Positions 1 through 8,903 of a stretch of DNA of 64,000 bases are shown piece by piece. The notes beneath the pieces were generated by a model, which was not told the origin of the DNA, ran no database searches, and saw only the letters and a program-made list of their open reading frames with translations. Both the position numbers and the translations under genes were made by a program. This DNA comes from Candidatus Bathyarchaeota archaeon. GTDB lineage: Archaea > Thermoproteota > Bathyarchaeia > Bathyarchaeales > Bathycorpusculaceae. The DNA is taken from contig CAVUGQ010000005.1 of NCBI GenBank assembly GCA_963741005.1, positions 271,965-335,964 on the forward strand, read 5' to 3'. How positions within the stretch are numbered: the stretch's first letter is position 1; each line of letters opens with the position of its first letter.

Positions 1-312
1 TGTAAGTAATGTTGAAATGAGAGCCACGGCAGACACTTTTCTTTTCATATATTCCGACCCATGCGGTGGTTCTTGAAGTAAACTATTGAGATTGAAACAA
101 CAACCACAATTACCATCACAACAACTATTGCAGTTAGAAACGTTGAATTTGTCAACAAATAAGTCACAGTTGGATTTGCCGTTGGCAACGGGGCTTCTGA
201 TGGCGATGAATAGAGTGTTTGAGTGGGGGTAGCTGTTGGGTTGTTGGTCTGGTTTGAATGATTAATTTGTCCGTTATTTTCTGATACAGTAAAGTAGACT
301 TGGGAGTAGCCA

Positions 313-1179
313 TCAATTAGGAAAAAAGTTATTGAAATCGTAAGAGCCTCCTTGTGCCCTAATTTTTAGGCTGTGGTTGCCTTCAGGGAGAGTGGGCGCT
401 GTTATGGAAGTACTATATTGACTAATGCTGGGACCTTGAGTAAGAGTCCAATGCTCATACGGAATACTAACAGTTGTGTTATCTATGGTATACCATATAT
501 TAGCTATAACAGTACTTTTGAAGTATTGAGGCTGTTTAACACTAAAGCTGATGTTGAATGTGCCTGAGTAGTCAGTGCTGTTTTGGGGGCTACTTATTGA
601 AATGATTGGTGGCTTAGCATCTGATGGAGCATCCATCTGTTTAGCCAACCCAAAGGGATTAGCACTAGCTACACCAATTACTTGTGTTCCAACCAATACA
701 GAGATTGTTAGAAGTACAGCAAAGATAACTTGCCTTCCAGTGTTTGCTTCAAGGTGGCTTCTTGGATTAGGCATGGATGTTCTATTTTCCCATGTGTCCG
801 TTGAGGGGTCATAAACCTCGTTGACATTAGTAACATAGCCATCACTTTTAATGGTGGTTGCTCCGCCTATGCAGTAAATCTTGTTTTGGACGACCGCTAT
901 GCCAAACGAGCATCTGTGAGTAGGCATAGGTGTCTTGGAAGACCATGTGTTAGTTTCTGGGTCATAGACTTCATTGGTGCCAAGGATGTTTTGAGTACCG
1001 CTAATACCACCAATAGCGTAGATTTTTCCATCTACCACGGCTACGCCTAACATGCTTCTAGCGGTAGGCATAGGAGTCACCGACATCCAAGAATCCTCAG
1101 CAACGGCAGACACAGTTTTAACCTCCACCACACATAATCCCATAAGCAAGAAGAGAAGCAGAACAATGCTTTTTCTCAT
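313..1179 (-). pseudogene. Mosaic ORF. N-terminal signal peptide and about 3 Kelch-type blades (GKIYAIGG, NKIYCIGG) are fused in frame to a surface-family paralog lacking its own start (VIFAVLLTISVLVGTQVIGVASANP...). The expected C-terminal anchor (SISIVYFKNHRMGRN) is out of frame at about 40-100.
   Basis: Signal MRKSIVLLLFLLMGLCVVEV. The 3' half is about 60% identical to the 51965..52552 product (PPIISxxSPQNS, YTIDN). Reverse-complement translation of 41-100 gives a TM plus basic tail in another frame. Confidence 0.45.
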
Positions 1180-1772
1180 GCTTTACCTCCTAATTTCTGA
1201 CCACGTTTTTTGAAGTAAATCAACGAGATTGAAGCAACAGCTACTATTACAATCACGAAGGCTATTGCGATAAGATAAGTTGGGTTTAGCATTTCAGAAA
1301 ATAGAGTTTGATTTGAAGTTGGAGAGGGTGTTGGGGAACTGGGAGTATTAACGGCAAATGTCACTGAATTAGAAGAGTTTGTATAAAGCATTTTAGAGCC
1401 TTGGGAATAAGATGCTTGTGCAAGAACAGTTATGTTATGATTACCTTCTCCCAATGGAGGTAAAGTAACTGACCCATGTATTTCTGCAACATATGGATCC
1501 CATGAATCGCTGGCTGAAATCTGATATTCCAGTATGCTACTATTACCTCCATCCAAACTGTAAGTTGCAAAATAGTTAATATTATAATTATACCAAGCTG
1601 TAAAGTTAAAAACAATACTGAGGTTAGTACCTTGCTCATATATCATTTTTTGAGGTTCGACACTAATGTTAATAACAGAAGTGAATGGATAGCTTGCTTT
1701 TGAATAAGGAAGAACAGCTAAACATAGAGTAGTTAGGAGAATTAATAAGAGCAAAATCCCTTCACGCTTCAA
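1176..1772 (-). CDS. Secreted surface-family protein with C-terminal TM plus basic tail (IAIAFVIVIVAVASISLIYFKKRGQK)
   Basis: Signal peptide MKREGILLLLILLTTLCLAV, many N-x-S/T sequons, PTPSPT linker, C-terminal anchor. Stop overlaps the next start. Confidence 0.7.
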   Translation of the reverse strand: MKREGILLLLILLTTLCLAVLPYSKASYPFTSVINISVEPQKMIYEQGTNLSIVFNFTAWYNYNINYFATYSLDGGNSSILEYQISASDSWDPYVAEIHGSVTLPPLGEGNHNITVLAQASYSQGSKMLYTNSSNSVTFAVNTPSSPTPSPTSNQTLFSEMLNPTYLIAIAFVIVIVAVASISLIYFKKRGQKLGGKA

Positions 1773-1820
1773 TCTATTTCATCCCTGTTAGCAAGTGTAT
1801 TAGCTATAATTTAGCTCTCC

Positions 1821-2540
1821 TTAGAGAACAGTCTTTTCCTCTAAGAGAACAGCTACACCTCTCTTAGACTTACGCCTCTTAAAGTAAACCAATGAGATAG
1901 AAGCAACAACTAACAGAGTTATGACACTCAGGAATGGTAACTCTGGAGTTGTAGGAGTTGGAGTTGGATTCACTGCACTAGTGAAATAGATAGTGTCAGA
2001 GACAATAATTGGGTATTCATAGATTGGTTGCCCATCATAAATTGCCCCAGCCTTCTCATTTGAACCTGGATAATGTGAAAGGCTGTAGGTATGAGACGTT
2101 ACAGTTACGTTTAATGTATGCATGCCTGGGGTTGTTTGGTTTATCCAATCACAAATGCTATTTAATGAAAATTGGCCTCTTGGGTCATCAGGGTGAGTCG
2201 TAGTTTTGTTTCCATTAAAGTATTTGTCTATATGATATGCAGAGTAGTGAGCTGAAAGATTATCATCCAAACTAACTTCAACAGAATTTACTTCACCTAT
2301 ATAACGCCAAGGCCAATGGGTAGCATTCCAAGAATCTGGTTGTTTTACTGTAAAGTTTAGTGGTATGTTGGGTGTGTTGTATGTTGAATAATTTTGTGGT
2401 GCCATAATTGTGAGGCAAGGTTTTTCAAGGTTGGGGGTTTGTGTAAAAGGAACTGGATTAGCCTCTACCTCAACAACCTGTAGCCCAGCAAGTGCAAAAA
2501 TTACAAGCGTTACAGCAAATAAAGTATATTTTCTGTTCAT
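1821..2540 (-). CDS. Secreted surface-family protein, PEL-TM-RRK C-terminal sorting signal
   Basis: MNRKYTLFAVTLVIFALAGLQVVEVEANP signal. C-terminus TPTPTTPELPFLSVITLLVVASISLVYFKRRKSKR. Confidence 0.7.
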   Translation of the reverse strand: MNRKYTLFAVTLVIFALAGLQVVEVEANPVPFTQTPNLEKPCLTIMAPQNYSTYNTPNIPLNFTVKQPDSWNATHWPWRYIGEVNSVEVSLDDNLSAHYSAYHIDKYFNGNKTTTHPDDPRGQFSLNSICDWINQTTPGMHTLNVTVTSHTYSLSHYPGSNEKAGAIYDGQPIYEYPIIVSDTIYFTSAVNPTPTPTTPELPFLSVITLLVVASISLVYFKRRKSKRGVAVLLEEKTVL

Positions 2541-3129
2541 GGCTTCCCCTTTCTTCTCTTGAAGTAAAGTGACACACCAAGTAATGCAATGAAACTTATG
2601 CCAAAAGCAAATAAGAGTAACTCTTGCATTGGAAATTTGGTAGATGAGATAAAATAGAACTGCGCTGTCTGGGATAAGTAATTGGCATTCAGTATTCTAC
2701 TGCTTGAAAGCTGTACTCCCCAATAGATTGTTAGGGTATGATACCCTTCTGCCAAGTTAGCTATATAAAACTGACCAGTAAAGATGTGTCTTAAACTATC
2801 ATCTTCCCTCATCTGAACATTTTCAATCTTAATCCCTTGATTAGTCATATTTTTGCCATCTAACACATAGAAGAAGTCTCCATTCCAATACGTATCTTAT
2901 CTTGGTTAGCCTCTGAAAGGTAGAAGAAGCTGTTAGCAGTTGCATTAAACACAACATGGATTGATGAACTGCTGAAACTTGAAGAATTAGAAGGAGATTG
3001 GATAGTTATAGCTATCCCACCTACATATGGAGGAGGAAGAGGATTAGCTTCTACTTTCCCTATGGGTAACATCCCAACCAATATAGAGATAAGAAGTATT
3101 AATGCAAAGATGCTTATTCTTCTCTTCAT
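2537..3129 (-). pseudogene. Frameshifted surface-family gene, paralog of 53960..54655. Split into ORFs 2860..3129 (signal peptide half) and 2537..2866 (anchor half).
   Basis: N-terminus MKRRISIFALILLISILVGMLPIGKVEANP matches MKRRIALFAFILLMSVLIGVLPIGKVEANP of 53960..54655. The two ORFs overlap by 7 nt in different frames. Downstream half ends LYFKRRKGKP. Confidence 0.6.
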
Positions 3130-3803
3130 GCCTTCCCCTTTCTTCTTCTAAAGTAAAATAGAACACCTAATCCTATGACAACTGCAACGGATAATATGCC
3201 TATAGTGTAGCTTTGTTGGATAGCTATTAGTTTTTCTTGGAAAGCCTTTTGACTAGGGTTTACTGTTGACCATTGTGTTGGCTTTGTGCTTGGTGATGTT
3301 GAAGGTGCAGGTATATTATTTGGTATATCGCTTGAAAACTCTACGTAGAATTCAATTATTGTAGAGCCTACTGTTAAGTTATGCCAGCCTTTGGTTAAGT
3401 TTGGCAAAACAACGCTACCTTTTAGGGAATAAACGGCATATGGCAAATAATAGGGGTAATTTGTAATGGGAGAGGAAGGGTTAATTTCATCTCTAATCTC
3501 TTTGTATTTGATAACTTCTATTTCTGAGATTCTCTGTGACTCTCCGCCATCTATTTTGTAGTAAATATTATGATTAGCAGGGCTACTCTGAGAAATATAG
3601 GATGTTCTATGTTCTGCTGTGAAGTTAAAAATGACAGGGTTTGAGTAGTGGCTGTTGTTTTTTGGTGATTGAATGGTTACAGTGGTATAGCTTGGTTTCA
3701 TGCCCATAGGATTGGCTTTGGTAATTTCAATAACTTGTATTTCAACAACTAACGCTAAGATTGTTATTAGGATGATTGTTGTTGCCAATAGTTTCTTTGG
3801 CAT
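3126..3803 (-). CDS. Operon-leading surface-family protein (MPKKLLATT class) with C-terminal TM plus RRRKGKA
   Basis: MPKKLLATTIILITILALV signal. C-terminus VLFYFRRRKGKA. Conserved promoter block lies upstream at 3804-3877. Confidence 0.7.
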   Translation of the reverse strand: MPKKLLATTIILITILALVVEIQVIEITKANPMGMKPSYTTVTIQSPKNNSHYSNPVIFNFTAEHRTSYISQSSPANHNIYYKIDGGESQRISEIEVIKYKEIRDEINPSSPITNYPYYLPYAVYSLKGSVVLPNLTKGWHNLTVGSTIIEFYVEFSSDIPNNIPAPSTSPSTKPTQWSTVNPSQKAFQEKLIAIQQSYTIGILSVAVVIGLGVLFYFRRRKGKA

Positions 3804-3877
3804 ATATCGTTCCTGTTATATTATGTGAGTGAGTTTGCTTAAGTGGTTTTTTGTCAAACTTTCTTGTCTGGGGTTTG
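3804..3877 (-). promoter_or_regulatory. Conserved promoter/operator block of MPKKLLATT operons (palindrome GTCAAG-N4-CTTGAC, TTTGACAAAAAACCACTTAAGC, TAATATA box, leaderless ATG)
   Basis: Reverse complement is near-identical to 60661-60740, 62216-62304 and 51311-51365. Confidence 0.6.
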
Positions 3878-4510
3878 TCAAGTTTTCTTGACTTGGCGGT
3901 ACTTATGGATTAGAGCTACGGTAAGTATTGAGGCTAAAAGAGGCAGTATTATATACCAAGAAAACTCTGGAACAGAAGGAGTTGGGGTTGAATTAGCAGA
4001 TGAAGTGGGAGTTGGATTCATTTGGTATACAGATATAGGAGCACTTCTTCCTGTGTGACCATTTCCGTCGTTTACATAAACTACTATATCAGAGCCAGCC
4101 TCACTCATATTTATAAAACCTCTCCAACTGCCTTCAGTAAATGCACCTGACATGGATGGGCTGATTGTACCTTTACTTGCACTAAAGCTAACATAACCTG
4201 TAAAATTTCTGTCCCAATAACCATTAGCATAAAGTGCAAACAGTCCTACTTCAAAGGTTCTCCCCAAAGTGACATTACTTGGAACCAGAACACTAAAACC
4301 CCCAACTCCAGGGTCCTCTGGAACTGACAGTTCAGTTGTTTGAGGAAATGAAGGTGTAATGGTTACATTTGATGTAGATTGAATAGTGGTAGCCATAATA
4401 GCCATACTATGGTGGTGAAGGGGATTAGCATCTACTAACTCAACTGCTTGTATCCCAATCAACATTGACACAACAAGGATTAAAGCAAATACGGCATATC
4501 TTCTCTTCAT
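3878..4510 (-). CDS. Surface-family protein with HHH motif and PEF-CTERM-like tail (VPEFSWYIILPLLASILTVALIHKYRQVKKT)
   Basis: About 97% identical over most of its length to the 61598..62230 product, in inverted orientation. Signal MKRRYAVFALILVVSMLIGIQAVELVDANP. Confidence 0.75.
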   Translation of the reverse strand: MKRRYAVFALILVVSMLIGIQAVELVDANPLHHHSMAIMATTIQSTSNVTITPSFPQTTELSVPEDPGVGGFSVLVPSNVTLGRTFEVGLFALYANGYWDRNFTGYVSFSASKGTISPSMSGAFTEGSWRGFINMSEAGSDIVVYVNDGNGHTGRSAPISVYQMNPTPTSSANSTPTPSVPEFSWYIILPLLASILTVALIHKYRQVKKT

Positions 4511-5871
4511 TGTTTCCCCTTTCTTCTCCTAAAGTAAACCAAGGAGATTGAAGTGACAGCTATAACCACAATCACAGAAGCAATTGCAATAAGAGCAATT
4601 GAATTTACCCAATAATTAGAATCTATGCCTTGACTTGGAGTTGGAGAATCAAATAGTGGGTTTGTGGTTGGAGTTTCTGTAGTCTCAGTTGGTTTCATTG
4701 TAACAGTTGGAAAGGGTTTTCGTGTTGCGCTTGGTGGTGATTTGGCTGAGTCGGTGCTCATAATTTCTTGCTCTTCACTGCTAACAGAAAAAGTGAATTC
4801 GCCGTCACCGGTTTGAACAACTGAGCATACAATTCCGTTAATCGTGATGTTCCATTGTGGATTTCCAGCAAAATCAAGTTTAATCAAATTTCCAGGGAAT
4901 GACGGGTTAGGAAAGCCGCTTCCCAATGCGTATCCACCATCATTTGTTTGGATGGCAGAGTAGACTAAACCCTCAAATCCGAATTGACTATACGTTTGGT
5001 TCCACACTAAAGCGCCATTCAAATCAGTTTTAAGGATGCAAAGGCTACCGTTCAACACTGACGCTAAGATGTAGCCTCCATCGATTGTTTGAATAAATGA
5101 TTTAGGCTCAAAAAAAGCGCGATCCCAACTGTAGGTTTGTTTCCATAACATTTTTCCTGAGGCGTCAGTTTTGATCATCCAAATGCTTGCATTTGTCTTA
5201 TAAGGGTTAATTAATCCTAAGATTGCGTATCCGCCATCAATTGTTTGTACAACTGACACGCCTTCGCTCGCCTCCTGATTGGCGTACGTTTGATTCCATT
5301 CGGTATAGCCATTTGAATTTAGCTTCCCCAGCCAGCATGCTTTGCCAGTGGAGCTAACCATTGCGAAGCCACCATCACTGGTCACAATTAACGCTTTTCC
5401 GCCATTTAGGTTATTGTAAGTTTGATTCCACAAAATATTGCCCATGCTATCAGTCTTTATAATACCGACCCCCTTGTTGAAGTTGCCTGCAAGCGCATAT
5501 CCTCCATCTGGAGTTTGCACAAGCGAGGTCACATCACCCGAGATTAGGCTGTTCCAATCATTGTTTTTCATTTGGCTAAAGTAGGGTTGAATCCATTGCT
5601 GGTTACCCGCATAGTCCAGCTTAACAAGCCAAGGACCTATGTTTGCAAGGCTAAGTACCGCAGATTTGCCAGCTAATGCGTAGCCTCCATCGCTGGTTTG
5701 AATCATACAATTACCTGAGTACGAATTGGCAAAATCACCCAATTTGAGCGTTTTCTGCCATACAATCGCAGGAGCCGAAGAAGCTGAATCAGCCAAAACC
5801 AAGCACGCTTGAGCTGAAATCGTTATGCATAGAAGTGCGAAAACAATGATTGCTACATGTCTGATTCGCAT
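4507..5871 (-). CDS. Secreted beta-propeller-like repeat protein (about 7 repeats containing QT-DGGYALAG / W-QTY) with T/P linker and C-terminal TM-RRRKGKQ anchor
   Basis: Repeats QTSDGGYALAG, QTPDGGYALAG, VTSDGGFAMVSS, QTIDGGYAILG, QTIDGGYILAS, QTNDGGYALGS. C-terminus SISLVYFRRRKGKQ. Confidence 0.7.
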   Translation of the reverse strand: MRIRHVAIIVFALLCITISAQACLVLADSASSAPAIVWQKTLKLGDFANSYSGNCMIQTSDGGYALAGKSAVLSLANIGPWLVKLDYAGNQQWIQPYFSQMKNNDWNSLISGDVTSLVQTPDGGYALAGNFNKGVGIIKTDSMGNILWNQTYNNLNGGKALIVTSDGGFAMVSSTGKACWLGKLNSNGYTEWNQTYANQEASEGVSVVQTIDGGYAILGLINPYKTNASIWMIKTDASGKMLWKQTYSWDRAFFEPKSFIQTIDGGYILASVLNGSLCILKTDLNGALVWNQTYSQFGFEGLVYSAIQTNDGGYALGSGFPNPSFPGNLIKLDFAGNPQWNITINGIVCSVVQTGDGEFTFSVSSEEQEIMSTDSAKSPPSATRKPFPTVTMKPTETTETPTTNPLFDSPTPSQGIDSNYWVNSIALIAIASVIVVIAVTSISLVYFRRRKGKQ

Positions 5872-5934
5872 GATTACTACTTGAGATAGGTCGCTATAAA
5901 AGACTTTTTGTAAAAGTCTTCTTGATTGGGTTTG

Positions 5935-7167
5935 TCAAGGTTTCTGCACATTAGCAGTCTTTCTACGCCTAATTACAAGAGCAATGGTAAGCGTTACGGC
6001 AAACATGGGTAAAATAGCTGACCAAGATAGCTCTGGAACAGGAGTGGGACTTGGTGTAGTGACAGATGGTGCAGTGGTGCTGGCTATCCAACCCTCGCCA
6101 GGAGAAGTTATGGATCTTGAACCGGCAAGTACATAATCGTTACCATTTTGAATTACGGCGTATGTTCCATCATATGGCAGGAACCATTGTATTTTTCCAG
6201 AAGCTTCAATCTTTGTTATGCCTGATTCAACAGCTACCGCGTAGCTGCCGTCGTTTGTTTTGATGATAGAATGAACTGAAGTTTCGTTAACCTGATTGTA
6301 GGTTTGATTCCAAACAATGGCACCGGTAGAGTCAAACTTAACCAAACATAAAGTCTGGTCTACTATACCTGCTATAATGTAGTCGTTATCTTCTGCCTGA
6401 ATTACTCCAGTTCCTTGGTCATCTTTGGGGGTGCCATAAGTTCGGTTCCACAGCATTGTTCCCGAGGAGTCAGTTTTAACTAGCCACATATCCCACGTGT
6501 CTGTAACATGGGAATACGTTGAACCTGCAATCACATAGCCGCTGTCAACAGTTTGAACCAATGAACCAGCCAGTTCATCGTTTGAGCCACCATAAGTTTG
6601 GACCCACTTTGTATCACCTTTGGAATTGATTTTAGCTAACCAAAAACCTCCTCCATGGAGGCTTCCGGACATTGCATATTCGTTATCGGATGTTTTTATT
6701 ATGGTTCTCAATGATACGTTGTTGTATGAGTGTTTCCACTGAACATTGCCTAAAGCATCCGTCTTAACTAGATCAGCACAAATAAAAATGTAACCGCTAT
6801 CGTTAGCTTGAATAATAGAAGTTACTTGTCCCAAGTTTAGGTAAGCATCGCTTAAGCCCTGTTCCCACACTTTGTTGCCTGAGGAGTCAAGTTTGAGGAG
6901 CCAAGAATTACTTGTAGTTTGCCCAGGTATTCCCAATTCAACTACATATCCACCTAACACATAGCCGCCATCAACGGTGGCGGTCATTGCCTCAATTCCA
7001 CAATAGGTGCCATAAGTATAGGTTTTACTCGACTCAATTGTTGGCAAAGCAACAGATTGGGCTAAAACAAAATTCGAAGAGTGCAGAACGGTTGATGCTA
7101 ATGTGAGAGTTAAAATTAAAACAAACAAGAAAATGCTGCGATTTGCCATGTTTAAAAGATGGGACAA
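5935..7167 (-). CDS. Secreted beta-propeller-like repeat protein, paralog of 4507..5871, PEL-TM-RRRK tail
   Basis: Repeats VDGGYVLGGY, QANDSGYIF, QTVDSGYVIAGS, KTNDGSYAVAV. C-terminus VPELSWSAILPMFAVTLTIALVIRRRKT. Confidence 0.7.
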   Translation of the reverse strand: MSHLLNMANRSIFLFVLILTLTLASTVLHSSNFVLAQSVALPTIESSKTYTYGTYCGIEAMTATVDGGYVLGGYVVELGIPGQTTSNSWLLKLDSSGNKVWEQGLSDAYLNLGQVTSIIQANDSGYIFICADLVKTDALGNVQWKHSYNNVSLRTIIKTSDNEYAMSGSLHGGGFWLAKINSKGDTKWVQTYGGSNDELAGSLVQTVDSGYVIAGSTYSHVTDTWDMWLVKTDSSGTMLWNRTYGTPKDDQGTGVIQAEDNDYIIAGIVDQTLCLVKFDSTGAIVWNQTYNQVNETSVHSIIKTNDGSYAVAVESGITKIEASGKIQWFLPYDGTYAVIQNGNDYVLAGSRSITSPGEGWIASTTAPSVTTPSPTPVPELSWSAILPMFAVTLTIALVIRRRKTANVQKP

Positions 7168-7204
7168 GCAGTCTATTGAGTTTTTTGATTGATTTTATTC
7201 AGAG

Positions 7205-7335
7205 GTTGTGTTACCGTCGTGTTTACGACAATAAGCCATTAGTGTAGTTTGTTCTTATCTAATTGAGCATGTCTTGTGGTGGCAGTCGGCATGCTGATTT
7301 CGAGAAGATACACTCAGCTTTCTTGTCCCCTTATA
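7205..7335 (+). repeat. Direct repeat R1 (about 88% identical to 13605-13740). Contains hairpin TGTCGTgtttACGACA and the start of a conserved small ORF.
   Basis: By-eye alignment with 13605-13740; identical blocks cgtgtttacgacaataagccattagtg and ggtggcagtcggcatgctgatttcgag. Confidence 0.8.
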
Positions 7336-7433
7336 GCAAAGACACTAAGCTTGGCGATTCTCGGTATGCTGATTGGGTAAAGTTTTCTGGTCTGGATGAA
7401 ACTCAAAGTTATTATCTTCAGGGTAGAAGATAA
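7269..7433 (+). CDS. Conserved small ORF (54 aa, MSCGGSRHADFEKIHSAFLSPYSKDTKLGDS...), paralog of 13672..13794
   Basis: Not in the ORF track (under 60 aa). Both copies keep the reading frame, with synonymous differences (tat/tac, gac/gat, ggc/gga, tct/tcg). Confidence 0.45.
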   Translation: MSCGGSRHADFEKIHSAFLSPYSKDTKLGDSRYADWVKFSGLDETQSYYLQGRR

Positions 7434-7677
7434 AAGAAAATGAGTGAATCTAACCATAACGAGGACTCGAAGCAAAGGAAGCAGAGCAAATGAAGTCGGC
7501 TGAGAAAAAGCAAATTATGAAGGAAGTAAGCGAGGTTTTCTTGAGACATCATCTTGTTCTTGAAGAGTCTAAGGAAGTTTGTGAGGCAGTCTTAGTCAAT
7601 CTCGTAACCGCTAAATATGTGAGGGCTGAGGCGTCTGGCGTTCCAATGAATAGAAAAACTCGGAGAGGACTTAATTT

Positions 7678-8241
7678 ATGAGTGAGAAGAAAACGACTTT
7701 GAGTGTTCCGGCTGCTTATGTGCCGTTGCTGGAAGATATTAGGTTCTTGAAGAGTGATGAGCAAAATCCGAATAGGATGACAATTAAGCAGTTGGAAGAG
7801 GTTTGGTGTAGCCTTAAGAAGCATGGGTGGGCTTTTCCAATTGTTACGGATATGGCTGGTGTTTTTGTGGATGGTGAGCAGCGGGCTCAAGTTTGCAGGG
7901 AGCATGGGGAGTTTTTTGCTCCGGTATTGCGGTTGTCTATTTCTGATGTTGATCGCAGGGTGCTTCGGCAGAGGCTTAACAAACTTAAGGGGAAACATAA
8001 CAAAGAGTTGGATGTTGCTGAGTTTAAGCGGATCGCTGAGCTGGGCGAGAAAGAGGATCTTAAACTGTTGTTGCTGTCTGTTGGGGAGCGGTTGCCGGAT
8101 GATTTTGATGGTAAAAGGGATTCGGTGACTATTCCTGAGACTTACGAGCTCATTATTGTATGTAAAGATGAGACGGAGCAGCAGCGTCTTTATGAGAAAT
8201 TTAAAGCGGAGGGATATACGGTACGGATTTTGACATTGTAA
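7678..8241 (+). CDS. ParB N-terminal-like nuclease domain protein
   Basis: ParB/Srx-like motif region AFPIVTDMAGVFVDGEQRAQVCREHG. 187 aa. Start overlaps the stop of the upstream small ORF. Confidence 0.5.
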   Translation: MSEKKTTLSVPAAYVPLLEDIRFLKSDEQNPNRMTIKQLEEVWCSLKKHGWAFPIVTDMAGVFVDGEQRAQVCREHGEFFAPVLRLSISDVDRRVLRQRLNKLKGKHNKELDVAEFKRIAELGEKEDLKLLLLSVGERLPDDFDGKRDSVTIPETYELIIVCKDETEQQRLYEKFKAEGYTVRILTL

Positions 8242-8279
8242 AATCTTGGAGTCAAGCAGACAGTTTCAGGGCTCAAAGC

Positions 8280-8903
8280 GTGGTTGGCTCATTTACGCTC
8301 CTGGATGTGAAGTTGGAGAAGCGCATTAAGGGTTCACTTCCGATTGAAGAATCGCCTTGGCAGGTAGGCGTGATCGTTGGGCGCAGCGGATCCGGCAAGA
8401 GCAGCATCGCTAAAGAGCTGTTTGCTGAAGCGTACATTCGGGCTTTTGATTATCGCAGTAAGAGTATCCTGGATGATTTTCCAGCTGGCCTGCAGACAGG
8501 TGAGATTACTAAGGCGCTTTCAAGCGTGGGCTTCGCGTCGCCTCCGGATTGGCTCAAAAGCTATGATTGCCTTAGCCAGGGGGAGAAGATGCGTGTTGAC
8601 ATTGCACGTGCGTTATGCTTGGACAAGGACTTGATTGTCTTTGATGAATTCACGTCTGTTGTTGATCGGGAGATTGCTAAGGTTTCTGCGTTTGCCATCG
8701 CAAAAGCTGTTCGGCGTTCTAAAAAGCAGTTCATTGCTGTCACTTGCCATTATGATGTGGTTGATTGGCTTGAACCCGATTGGGTACTCTGTACAGATAC
8801 AATGGAGTTTACCCGAAAAAAAGAAGCAGGCCGCCCGTTAACATCCAAGTTTATCGGTGCGGCTCTAATCTGTGGGAAATGTTTCGGCAGTATCACTATC
8901 TAA
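8280..8903 (+). CDS. Compact ABC-type ATPase (Walker A GRSGSGKSS, signature LSQGEKMRV, Walker B LIVFDEF, H-loop TCHYD). Possibly fused by a -1 frameshift to the downstream GNAT ORF.
   Basis: Motifs read directly. 124-nt overlap with the 8780..9298 ORF in another frame. An A7 run lies at about 8814-8820. Confidence 0.6.
   Translation: MVGSFTLLDVKLEKRIKGSLPIEESPWQVGVIVGRSGSGKSSIAKELFAEAYIRAFDYRSKSILDDFPAGLQTGEITKALSSVGFASPPDWLKSYDCLSQGEKMRVDIARALCLDKDLIVFDEFTSVVDREIAKVSAFAIAKAVRRSKKQFIAVTCHYDVVDWLEPDWVLCTDTMEFTRKKEAGRPLTSKFIGAALICGKCFGSITI

Noticed and set aside
7549-7998. 149-aa minus-strand ORF
   Set aside because: Antisense to the ParB-like gene. Low-complexity basic composition. No signal or motifs.
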